From: a virus
Lineage: Duplodnaviria; Caudoviricetes
IMG/VR virus record: IMGVR_UViG_3300044830_000034
Span: 1 to 57,149 of that record
Direction: 5' to 3' (one strand)
Length of the DNA stretch: 57,149 nt
The notes under the pieces are model-generated. The model was not told where the DNA came from, did not search any database, and saw only the letters and a program-made list of their open reading frames with translations. Below, one piece after another: positions 47,078-55,538 of this stretch (position 1 is its first letter; the number at the start of each line of letters is the position of its first letter). The translations under genes were made by a program, and so were the position numbers.

Positions 47078-47247
47078 TACCGCTGGTAACAGGGTCCGAC
47101 TGAGAGCGCCGGACGGCCCCAACGGCCAGCGCTTAGGGGAACGTTATGCGCTACTTGCCCTCGGGCCACCCCTCCCCGCCGGGAGCAACCGCCCCACCCC
47201 CGCCCGCCCCGCCGGGTGTCGGCGGCACGGGCCGGGGGCGGGGTCGG

Positions 47248-47418
47248 TCACTCGCCCACCTTGGGCATGGGCTCGTTCGGGTGGCCGGTGACATCGACGC
47301 TCGCGTAGTAGCCGGCGCCGCGGAGGGCCGACTCGATCAGGGCCTCCACGTCGCTCGCCTCGTCCTCGCTGTCCAGGTTGCTGACGTGCACGGTGCCGGT
47401 CGCGTAGTGGGTGCTCAC
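47248..47418 (-). CDS. hypothetical protein (56 aa)
   Basis: RBS AAGGAG, GTG start MSTHYATG... Confidence 0.5.
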   Translation of the reverse strand: MSTHYATGTVHVSNLDSEDEASDVEALIESALRGAGYYASVDVTGHPNEPMPKVGE

Positions 47419-47491
47419 GTCTCTCTCCTTGCTGCGGGTGTTCGGATTGTCCCGCCGGCCCGGGTGGCGCGCGGCGGGAACGGGGCGGGGG

Positions 47492-48313
47492 TCAGTGGTC
47501 GCGCGGAGGGCTGGCGCGCCGCTTCAGCGTCCGCTCGTAGTCCTCGAAGCGGGCCTTGGAGATGACCGAGCGGCCCTCGGACCGGAGCACGATCCCTTCC
47601 GCCCGACCACCTGCGTTGTCGTCCAGCGCCACCAGGGTTCGGGGCAGGTTGACGCTCAGGAAGTCGCGCATCCCCTGTATGTCGGTCGGCATGTCCTCGA
47701 ACGACAGCCGGGCCAGGCGGGGCGCCAAGGGAACGTCCCAACCGTCGGCGACAGCGTGAAGGGCCGCCTCGGGGATGAATGTCTGTCCGCCGCTGTCTCG
47801 CCATGAGGCGATGAGTTCCCGCGGCCACGTGAGCACCTCGGGGTCCACCGTGTTGTAGTCGAAGAGGCGATAGGCGCTTGCGTTGAGGCTGCTGTACTGC
47901 TTGGCCTGACTCCCAACCTTCCCGCCGTAGACCTCCAGGTAGACGACGTGGATCCGGTCGGTGGCGTCCGGGTCGGCGCCGTTGCCGCGGCTGGTGACGA
48001 TGCGGTCCGCCAGCGGCTTGAGGGCGGCGACAATGCCGAGCGCCGGATTCTCGACTCGGTCACCGCGGGCGTGCAGCAGTTCCTCGCGGGAGCCGATGAA
48101 GTAGTCGCCGCCGGGCAGCAGGATGATCCGGCCGTTGGTGCCGTCGACCTTCTCTGTGAGGATCACGTCGCCCGTGTAGCCGACGAACGGGCCGAGGTCT
48201 TCGGTGAGGGAACCGCGCTCGCCGAGTTGGTGGTGCGTCTCGATTGAGGGGTACTTGGTCGCCGAGTTCAGGGCGGCGAGGCTGAGCGTTTGGGTGTTGT
48301 CGAGCGTGGTCAC
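47492..48313 (-). CDS. ATP-dependent RNA ligase (Rnl2-like)
   Basis: motif I TEKVDGTN, Ia GSR, III LEVYG, IIIa YRLFD, IV AEGIVLR, V ISKAR. Confidence 0.85.
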   Translation of the reverse strand: MTTLDNTQTLSLAALNSATKYPSIETHHQLGERGSLTEDLGPFVGYTGDVILTEKVDGTNGRIILLPGGDYFIGSREELLHARGDRVENPALGIVAALKPLADRIVTSRGNGADPDATDRIHVVYLEVYGGKVGSQAKQYSSLNASAYRLFDYNTVDPEVLTWPRELIASWRDSGGQTFIPEAALHAVADGWDVPLAPRLARLSFEDMPTDIQGMRDFLSVNLPRTLVALDDNAGGRAEGIVLRSEGRSVISKARFEDYERTLKRRASPPRDH

Positions 48314-48534
48314 AGCGGGCCTTTCTGGTGGATGGGTCTGATGGTGGACATTGGATGCGGCGGCAGCCAGCGGGTTTCGTGCTGCCCGGCGAGTCCCCGG
48401 GCCGGTGTGGTGAGGTCCCGCACCTCGGCCCGCTCGTCGGCGCACAACGCGCACCCCGGGGTGAGCCCGTCGTGGCCGTGCTCCCAGCGCTTGCGGATCG
48501 TGGCGAGCGCGGCGCGCAGGTCGGCGGTGGCCAC
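48310..48534 (-). CDS. hypothetical protein
   Basis: GTG start MATADLRAAL..., GTGA overlap with the ligase gene. Confidence 0.5.
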   Translation of the reverse strand: MATADLRAALATIRKRWEHGHDGLTPGCALCADERAEVRDLTTPARGLAGQHETRWLPPHPMSTIRPIHQKGPL

Positions 48535-48535
48535 G

Positions 48536-48871
48536 TCAACTGCGTGCGGGTGACGAGCGGGTGGGGTTCGAGGGACACCCAGTCGCAGCCGCCGTGCGCG
48601 TGAACCGCGCCGTCCTGGTCCTGCCACGCCCCGTCCAAGTCGAACGGGATGGAGCGGGCGGCTTCGGCGAACGGTCCCTTCGCGGCGTCCTTGCTGGCGA
48701 ACACGCCGAGGACGCTGCCGCCCTCGTGGTCCTCGCCGGTGGACAGGACCCAACGACCGGAGCGGCGGTGCGTTCGGCTGCGGCGAACTGGTCGGCGACC
48801 TTGCAGGCCAGAGCGCTGTCACCGTCGTAGTAGACGGTCAGCGCGTGCTCGACAACGGACCTGGCGGTCAT
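48536..48871 (-). pseudogene. apparently frameshifted hypothetical gene
   Basis: protein-like sequence switches frame at about 48753 (...AAPVV / WVLSTGEDHEGGSVLGVFAS...). Confidence 0.45.
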
Positions 48872-49191
48872 GACGATCGCATCCAATCTGGCGCCGATAC
48901 GCCCATCTCGCACAGAAGTCGCCAGTTGACTTGCCACGGCTGCGGGCTCTCCGGCGACGGCACGACGTGCGTGGGGTCGACGTGAACCAGGCTGGACCCG
49001 GACGTCTCCACGTACCGGCGGTCATGCATGGACCACAGGACGTGCGCGCCGACCAGCCGGTAGCGGACGTTCTCCCCGTCGGGGCAGTTGGGGCAGTCGC
49101 ACAGGTCGTCGATCCGGTAGGACTCGGCGTACTCGCTGCGGATACGGCCGGTGTAGATGACGGGGGTGCCGGGGGACAGGACGGCGGTCAT
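48868..49191 (-). CDS. hypothetical protein
   Basis: RBS AAGGAG; CDCPNC motif. Confidence 0.6.
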   Translation of the reverse strand: MTAVLSPGTPVIYTGRIRSEYAESYRIDDLCDCPNCPDGENVRYRLVGAHVLWSMHDRRYVETSGSSLVHVDPTHVVPSPESPQPWQVNWRLLCEMGVSAPDWMRSS

Positions 49192-49268
49192 GGCGTTCTC
49201 CTTCTCGGTCGGCGGGTGTGCGGCCCCCGTCCGGCCCGGCCGCGTGGGGGACGGCCGGGACGGGGGGG

Positions 49269-49646
49269 TCAGACTGGGTCGGGCTCTTGCTCGGCGAGGA
49301 TGCGCAGCAGTTCGGCGTGATCCGCGTCGGGGTGGAAGTCGCAACGGCCGCCGCGGAAGCAGGTGGGCCCGGAATGGCGGGCACGGTGAGCTGCGATGCC
49401 CGCGGCGAGCCAGTCGTCCCCGGCCAGGAACTCCGGCCGGTGCTCGGCCCAGTTGGCGATGGCGCGCTCAAGGCCGATGCCCGGCCGGTCGTAGAAGGCG
49501 GACCAGCCGTTGTCCCGGATGAAGAGGACCCAACTGGCGCGGCAGCGGTCGTAGGCGTCGCGGGAGTAGTTGTAGCCGCTGGCGGGGTCGATGTCGTCCA
49601 TGGCGACACCTCGTGCGAGGCACAGGGCGATGCGGGAGTCGGCCAT
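49269..49646 (-). CDS. hypothetical protein
   Basis: ORF with normal codon usage. Confidence 0.6.
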   Translation of the reverse strand: MADSRIALCLARGVAMDDIDPASGYNYSRDAYDRCRASWVLFIRDNGWSAFYDRPGIGLERAIANWAEHRPEFLAGDDWLAAGIAAHRARHSGPTCFRGGRCDFHPDADHAELLRILAEQEPDPV

Positions 49647-49719
49647 CGACGTGCGCTGGTCCGGATCGGTGCTGTCGGCGTAGTGGCGGATCAGTGCGGC
49701 GGCGGCGTTGAAGTTGGTC

Positions 49720-50040
49720 TCAGGCAGCCTCCGCGTAGGCGTTGAGGCTGCTCATGCGGTCGGTGCGGAAGGTCCGCTTCTCGCCGCGCAGGTGGTCGTG
49801 GCCGGTGACGAGAATGTGGCCCTTGCTGCTGATCGAGAGGAAGCGCGGGGTGATGGTCCGCACGGTCTCGGCGCCGTTCTCGTCCCGGTAGCCGATCCGC
49901 ACGTCGGTCTCGCGGTCGATGGCCCGGTACAGGGCGACGAGCAGGCCGAAGCGCGCCCCGCGCACGGCGGTGACGAGCTTCTGGCCGGCCTGGACTGCGG
50001 CGGTGATGCTGCGGCGGATGGTGCGGAGCGTGCGGGTCAT
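49720..50040 (-). CDS. stand-alone WYL-domain protein
   Basis: VRIGYRDENGAETVRTITP...TGHDHLRGEKRTFRTDRM. Confidence 0.8.
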   Translation of the reverse strand: MTRTLRTIRRSITAAVQAGQKLVTAVRGARFGLLVALYRAIDRETDVRIGYRDENGAETVRTITPRFLSISSKGHILVTGHDHLRGEKRTFRTDRMSSLNAYAEAA

Positions 50041-50113
50041 CGGGTCCCCCTGGCGGTGCGGGTGCCCGCCCCGGGCTGGGGCGGGCGGGGTGGGTCAGAG
50101 CCGGTATTCGTCG

Positions 50114-50308
50114 TCACTCGGGTCGGATCGACACCACCACGAACTGCGCGTTGCCCACGTGCGCCATAAGCGCGCCGACCGCGCCCTGAGCGTCGTGCGC
50201 CTGCACTCGCAGAAAGCTGGCCCGGGTGTCCTGGTACCGGCGGTACGTGATACCGAACGCGGGGCGGGTGTCCTGGACGTCCGTTACGTGGCCGATTCGT
50301 GCGTTCAT
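50114..50308 (-). CDS. hypothetical protein
   Basis: RBS GGGGAG; first gene of the leftward operon. Confidence 0.5.
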   Translation of the reverse strand: MNARIGHVTDVQDTRPAFGITYRRYQDTRASFLRVQAHDAQGAVGALMAHVGNAQFVVVSIRPE

Positions 50309-50422
50309 GTCCGTCTCCCCTGCTCACCGCTTCCTTGTGAGAACTATGTTGGCCTACCAAGTAGACGTATGTCAACAGAGTTTGCCTATCCCGTGTGCCA
50401 ACTCGCATGTCATACTCGGGCC

Positions 50423-50647
50423 ATGGACGAACCCGCCACCGACGAAGAGAAGATCGCCGAGATGGCCAAGCGCACCGAGCGCATCGCCGACGACAGGGCG
50501 TGGATCTACAAGACGATCCCCGAGGTCTTCCCCGAGAAGCACGGCAGATCAGCCGTGCGGGGGCGCCTCACCGCCGTCGTCAAGGCAACCGGCTTCACCC
50601 GCGAATACGTCGCCCGCATCCGCGACGGGAAAGGCCCGAAGTTGTGA
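50423..50647 (+). CDS. small HTH protein (Cro/repressor-like)
   Basis: LTAVVKATGFTREYVARIRDG; leaderless, CATACT -10 at 50411-50416. Confidence 0.7.
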   Translation: MDEPATDEEKIAEMAKRTERIADDRAWIYKTIPEVFPEKHGRSAVRGRLTAVVKATGFTREYVARIRDGKGPKL

Positions 50648-50886
50648 CCGCCACCCGCAGCACCGTCCAGGACTGGCTGGAGACACTGGAGAAGGCCGCC
50701 AATGAGCACGGGGACGATCCGGAGTACCGGGCCTGGGTGTTCCGTGGCGTGCTGACCGCCGCGTGGCAGGACGGTCACGCGCGCGGGTACGACGACTGCC
50801 GCGACGACCACGACCGCGCCCGAGCCGCCGCACGACGCGCAGCCCGAGAAAACGCCACCACCCCGCCCGCACCCGAGGAGAGCTGA
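50644..50886 (+). CDS. hypothetical protein
   Basis: GTGA-coupled ORF. Confidence 0.55.
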   Translation: MTATRSTVQDWLETLEKAANEHGDDPEYRAWVFRGVLTAAWQDGHARGYDDCRDDHDRARAAARRAARENATTPPAPEES

Positions 50887-50889
50887 GCC

Positions 50890-51816
50890 ATGAGCCGCGT
50901 CTACTTCCATAGCCCTTCGGGAGAAGCCCAACTCCGAGGATCCGAACGCGCCTGGCTCAGCGGCCTCGTCACTGACCTCGCCAACGGTCTTCTCGACGTC
51001 CGCGGCCTGAACCGCGCCGAGCGGCTCCGCGAACTCATCCACCCTGACCACCACATGGCGCACCACTCCGCGAAGCCCGAGGAGTTCCTGCGGTGGGCGT
51101 CCAGCTACGAGACGTCGTTCTCGGTCGGCTGGAGCGACCGCACACCCCTCATCCAATACGCGGGCAAGCCCATCGACTCCTTCATGCTGGCCCTGAACAC
51201 CGCACTCACGGTTGGCAACGACGCCATCAAACTCGCAGCCCGCCTCCACGGATCCTGCGAGATCCACGCCTGGGTCGACGGCCCCAACCGGGCCTGGCTC
51301 GCTGACATCATGCAGGCCGGGCTCGACGCTTCGATCTACCGGCGCGGCTTCTGGTTCAAGGACGGGCCCGGCGAAGGCGCTGCGCGGAAGTGGTCGGACC
51401 AGGGGTGGGGCGACGTCATCACGCTGCTGCGCTCCCGGAATGACGAGCCGGTCGTCACCTCGTACTCAGTCTGCGACAGCTTCCCCGACTCAAGCATCGG
51501 CGACTGGATGCCGCCGTGGCCCGAGGGCGTCCCAAGGGACTGGCGCGAGTTGACCGAGGACCAGCAGAGCGCACGCTCCGACCGCTCCGATGCCTGGTAC
51601 GACCTGGATGACACGGAGCAGTGGCGCATCTCCATGGAGGGGCTGCGCACCAGCGAAGAGGGACTGGAGATGAAGCCTGGCAACTGGGATCAATTCCGGT
51701 TCGGCCACAGCCTCTCCGTGCTGGACCTGTTCGCAGCCGACTCGGACGAGCGACTTCGGGCCGCCCTCGGCTTGGAGGCCACCCCCGCCCCGTCCGACCC
51801 GGGGAGCGGCGGGTGA
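50890..51816 (+). CDS. hypothetical protein
   Basis: 308 aa globular ORF, LHGSCEIHAWVDG motif, RBS GAGGAG. Confidence 0.7.
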   Translation: MSRVYFHSPSGEAQLRGSERAWLSGLVTDLANGLLDVRGLNRAERLRELIHPDHHMAHHSAKPEEFLRWASSYETSFSVGWSDRTPLIQYAGKPIDSFMLALNTALTVGNDAIKLAARLHGSCEIHAWVDGPNRAWLADIMQAGLDASIYRRGFWFKDGPGEGAARKWSDQGWGDVITLLRSRNDEPVVTSYSVCDSFPDSSIGDWMPPWPEGVPRDWRELTEDQQSARSDRSDAWYDLDDTEQWRISMEGLRTSEEGLEMKPGNWDQFRFGHSLSVLDLFAADSDERLRAALGLEATPAPSDPGSGG

Positions 51817-52439
51817 GCGCCTACCCGTGGCTGTCCCGCGAGGAGTGGGCGGCGAAGGCCGAGTACTCGGTGCGGACGTTCTGCACGCCGGATGAGCGGC
51901 TGGAGCAGGCGTTCCCCGGCGCGCACTGGCCGACGCTCGCCGAGGACACGGAGATGGAGGAGTTGGCCACGTCCGCCGCGAAGACCGTCCGTCCGCTGCT
52001 GACCGCCGAGATCCAGCGGCTCAAGGGCCTACTGCCGGACCGGCCGCCGAAGAGCCGAGCCCGCGCCGACTGGTTCTGCGGCCTGGAGGGCAAGCCCTGG
52101 AAGGACGCCTGCAACCTCGCTGGCGTTGAAGGCATCCGTGCCTCGCTGGCCCGAGCGGTCCGTGATGAGCACTGGGGGACGATCACGTGGGAGCTGGGGC
52201 GGTTGTATGACAACTACCCGGACATCACGCTGCCCCCCGATGTCGTCGCGGCCGTGGACCGACTGCGCGCCATCGGACTGGCCGTCAACGCCCGTCGCAC
52301 CAAAGAAGCCGATCGGCTGGTCGAGGAAGCGGTCGCCGCCGAGGTTGCCAAGCGGGCCACCGACGAAGGCTGGGCGAAGGAGTTGGGGCGCCGGGCCCGC
52401 ATCGACGACGGTCCGCTGGTCGCCATCCACCCCGCCTGA
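51813..52439 (+). CDS. hypothetical protein
   Basis: GTGA-coupled ORF. Confidence 0.6.
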   Translation: MSAYPWLSREEWAAKAEYSVRTFCTPDERLEQAFPGAHWPTLAEDTEMEELATSAAKTVRPLLTAEIQRLKGLLPDRPPKSRARADWFCGLEGKPWKDACNLAGVEGIRASLARAVRDEHWGTITWELGRLYDNYPDITLPPDVVAAVDRLRAIGLAVNARRTKEADRLVEEAVAAEVAKRATDEGWAKELGRRARIDDGPLVAIHPA

Positions 52440-52580
52440 CCCCGCCTACGCCCTTCGGCGTATTCCGCCGCATCCCCGGCGCCCGGACCCCCACCCGGTG
52501 CCAGGGTTGCCCCGAGTCCCCCCCGCGGCCCCGCCCCGCCCCGCCCCGCTGCGCCCCCGTCGCGGCGGGGCGCGGGTGCG

Positions 52581-52955
52581 TCACGGCTCCGGCCGGCACA
52601 CGGTGCACCCCGGGACGCCCTGGGCGATGGCGGCGCGGGCCTCGGCCAGGGTGACGGTACGGCCGCCGCGGACCAGCCAGCAGCGGGCCGCGTCGTGCAC
52701 CTCGTGGGGTCCGCCGTGCGCGCGGCCGACGGGGGCGATGACCCATGCGGGCTCCGGCGGTTCGGCCGGCTCGCGGGGCACCGCGCTGTAGTCCTCGCCC
52801 TGCACCGGGGTCACGGCCGCCGCGGGGACGGTCAGGGCCACCTCGGCGCGCCACGTCCCGTCCGCCGCCTGGCGCCAGCGGAGGAGGCGGGCCTCGACCG
52901 TCGCGCCACCGGGGAGGGTGAGCTGCACGCGGGGAGGGGGAGGGGGATCGGACAC
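52581..52955 (-). CDS. DUF6233-like protein
   Basis: C-terminal VHDAARCW...EARAAI..GVPGCTVCRPE; leaderless GTG after TACGAT. Confidence 0.7.
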   Translation of the reverse strand: MSDPPPPPRVQLTLPGGATVEARLLRWRQAADGTWRAEVALTVPAAAVTPVQGEDYSAVPREPAEPPEPAWVIAPVGRAHGGPHEVHDAARCWLVRGGRTVTLAEARAAIAQGVPGCTVCRPEP

Positions 52956-52963
52956 GCGTTCGA
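52948..52963 (-). promoter_or_regulatory. LexA (SOS) box
   Basis: TCGAAC-GCGT-GTCCGA matches actinobacterial TCGAAC-N4-GNNCGA and overlaps the start site. Confidence 0.6.
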
Positions 52964-53005
52964 TCGTAGCGGCGCCCATGTGATCGGCCGGGGTCGGAGA
53001 CTGAT

Positions 53006-53542
53006 TGTCCGGTGTCACTGGACCTTGACCGTTCGCCACTGAACTTTGACGACCGGCAGTTTCCTGACACTGAAGTTTGACCGGGTGGGACTCGGCGGCT
53101 TGGAGGGACAGGGGCGCGCCATGAAGGCGGTAGACGATGACGAGGCCGCCGGGGCCCTGACGTACCTCGCCGTGATTCAGATTCGCACTATGGCCCGGCG
53201 CCGGCAGCCCTTCTACGAGTGGATGGGCGAGGACTACGTCGTCTGCATCGGATGGCTTGCCGACCTCGTGCACAACCTGGCAGATCCTCGTGCGCGAACG
53301 AAACCGTGGAGGCTCCGCCGGAAGCGGCCGCACTGCATGGAATACACCTGGGCAGTCGCAGGAGAGGCCGGCCGGAAGTGGATCCTCGACAGCCTGGAGA
53401 AGGAAGGACTCGTGTGGGAGCCGCCGTCAGACACGAGCCTCACAGGCAAGCGCGACCACCACGCGTGAGAGCACGTCGTGCCCCCAAGCGGAGCGCGGTC
53501 AAACTTCAGTGGCAAACGGTCAGGGTTCAGTGGCACGGGACA
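53006..53542. mobile_element. non-autonomous mini-transposon (IS21/Tn7-like ends) carrying one cargo gene
   Basis: TGT...ACA ends, about 45-bp imperfect terminal inverted repeats with internal CACTGAA-N3-TGACCG repeats (3 left, 2 right), 5-bp target duplication CTGAT (53001-53005 and 53543-53547). Confidence 0.8.
53121..53468 (+). CDS. hypothetical cargo protein of the mini-transposon
   Basis: single ORF between the inverted ends; WLADLVHNL motif. Confidence 0.65.
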   Translation: MKAVDDDEAAGALTYLAVIQIRTMARRRQPFYEWMGEDYVVCIGWLADLVHNLADPRARTKPWRLRRKRPHCMEYTWAVAGEAGRKWILDSLEKEGLVWEPPSDTSLTGKRDHHA

Positions 53543-53831
53543 CTGATCGCTTGTGCGCAATTCTGTTCGAAATATGCAACGCAGTGTGACAGCTGGCCCG
53601 ACGGTGGTCTGCGATCGATCATCTAGTAACTGACGGGTAACGTCGCAGGTAGAGGCATAGACCAGTCAGCAGTCAAACGGGGCAACGGTCCTGACGGATC
53701 ATCAATGCTAACCGTGTCCGATACGGGGAGTAAGGTTAGGGGCGTCGGAAGTCTGTGCGATCCGACGACAGACATGAGTGTGCCCCCGCGCGGTACCCGC
53801 CGCCGGGGGCAATGGATCCAAGGAGTTCCCC

Positions 53832-54668
53832 TTGACTCAGTTCCACCTTAGCGTTCCCGACCCGGGCGTCAACGGCCGGGGCGCAAGCCCCTTCGACCGG
53901 ATCCGCCGGACGGACGCCTACGGCCGCGAATACTGGAACAGCCGCGAGATGCAGCCCCTCATGGGCTACCCGCGCTGGCAGCACTTCGAGCCGGTCATCG
54001 ACCGCGCCAAGGCGGCGGCCCACAACGTGAACGATCGAGCGGCGGTTTTCACGGTCATCCGTGAAAACCCCTCTCGCCAGGGCGGACGCCCCCGCGAGGA
54101 CGTCCAACTCAGCCGGGCAGCCGCGTACTACGTTGCGATGAACGGCGACCCGACAAAGCCCGAGGTAGCAGCAGCCCAGGCCTACTTCGTGCGCATGACC
54201 CGCGCCGCCGAACTCCACGCGCTCGAAGACGGTGAGATCCGGCGGACCGCGCTTGCCCGCGCCCGCGAAATGGTCGACTACCGCACGTTCCGCGACATGA
54301 TGTCGGAGAACGCCACCGACTACGAGCCGAGCAGCAAGGCCACGGGCCTGCACTTCGCCATCATGCAGAACAAGCTGTACCTGCACCTCACCGGCATGAC
54401 CGCCGAACAGATCAAGGGCTCACGACCCCTGGCCGTCTGGCCCGGCTGCGAGGAAGGCAAGCCCGAGCCCTCGGCGAAGAACGCGGCGCGGAAGGTCGCG
54501 AAGAACTACCTGACGGCCGGCGAGCTGAGCAAGCTCGACCGCCTCGTCGGCCGGCTGTGTCTCCGGGCCGAGGACATCACTGACGATGGGCTGCGCTTGT
54601 CGATGGCCCAGTGGGATTACGTGGTGGACATCGAACTGGCGGTACTGCGGCGCCCCCTCGCCGCCTGA
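53832..54668 (+). CDS. BRO-N/DinD-like antirepressor domain fused to a RhuM-like domain
   Basis: SPFDRIR..EYWNSRE..LMGY..W..F, NGDPTKPEVAAAQAYF; C-terminal FAIMQNKL..GMTAEQI, AKNYL. Confidence 0.75.
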   Translation: MTQFHLSVPDPGVNGRGASPFDRIRRTDAYGREYWNSREMQPLMGYPRWQHFEPVIDRAKAAAHNVNDRAAVFTVIRENPSRQGGRPREDVQLSRAAAYYVAMNGDPTKPEVAAAQAYFVRMTRAAELHALEDGEIRRTALARAREMVDYRTFRDMMSENATDYEPSSKATGLHFAIMQNKLYLHLTGMTAEQIKGSRPLAVWPGCEEGKPEPSAKNAARKVAKNYLTAGELSKLDRLVGRLCLRAEDITDDGLRLSMAQWDYVVDIELAVLRRPLAA

Positions 54669-54719
54669 CCGGTACGACGTCGCCCCCGCTCCGGCGGGGG
54701 CTTCGTCGTGCCCGGGGGC

Positions 54720-54974
54720 TCACTCCTCGCCCGCCGCGTCCTGCAACCGCTGCTGCCCCGCGTAGGGCTCGAACTCGGTGCCCTTCCGCGCCCGGTGCAG
54801 TTCCACCGCCGCCTGCCGCTCTTCCTCCCGGGCCCGTCGCAGCTCGGCCACGTCCTCCGCCGGCCACTCGGCCACCGGGCCCGGCCGGGCGGACGCGGCG
54901 GCCACCGCGGCGTGGGCCTGGGTGAAGCGTTGCTGGGCGGCGATCAGGTGCTCGGGGATCTCGGAGTCGGTCAC
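54720..54974 (-). CDS. hypothetical protein
   Basis: MTDSEIPEHLIAAQ...; leaderless after TATCCT. Confidence 0.6.
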   Translation of the reverse strand: MTDSEIPEHLIAAQQRFTQAHAAVAAASARPGPVAEWPAEDVAELRRAREEERQAAVELHRARKGTEFEPYAGQQRLQDAAGEE

Positions 54975-55473
54975 GCCCGGGAGGATACCGGGGCAGCGCC
55001 CCGTACCCTGGCCGCATCCCATCCCGGCCGTGCTGGCCCGTCCCCGCTGGTTGAGCAGCGGGGACACCAGGGGCGCTACCCTGGCCCTGCGGCATCCGGG
55101 TGAGAGACCCGGCGCGCGTGACTCGCTCCGCGTGAGAGGTGGCCCGTCCAGGGGACGGAAGACCCCTGTGCCGCGCTACCCTGGCCACCGACGCGTCCAT
55201 GGGCGCGCAGCATCGCCCGGGAGGATGCGCCAAAGATCCCGAGGCCGCGAGCCCTGCCGCAACGGGGCAGCATCGGTCTGTGCTGCGCGACCAGTCCGCC
55301 CGGCGTGCGGTGGCCCTGGCCTCCGAGTGCACCTCGCCGGGCGTTGCAGTCGCTGCGGCGGCCGTGCGCCCTCGCCCCCGTCAGCCGCTGGTTGCGACGG
55401 GGGCGTTGCGGGATCCCGGCTGGTGAAAACCGTGGTCGCTTTCGCGCTGCTGCGGAAGTGATGCGAGCGGGAA

Positions 55474-55500
55474 GCATGACGTGCGTTACGCACGTCATGC
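55474..55500. repeat. perfect 27-bp palindrome
   Basis: GCATGACGTGCGT-T-ACGCACGTCATGC. Confidence 0.85.
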
Positions 55501-55538
55501 CATGTGACCAGGCTTTTTCCTGATAACAGGAAATACTC

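Noticed and set aside
53556-53571. Second LexA box (TCGAAC-AGAA-TTGCGC on the minus strand)
   Set aside because: Only one half-site matches the consensus.
55474-55500. Protelomerase (telRL) site
   Set aside because: No protelomerase gene is recognisable in the window; kept only as an unexplained palindrome.
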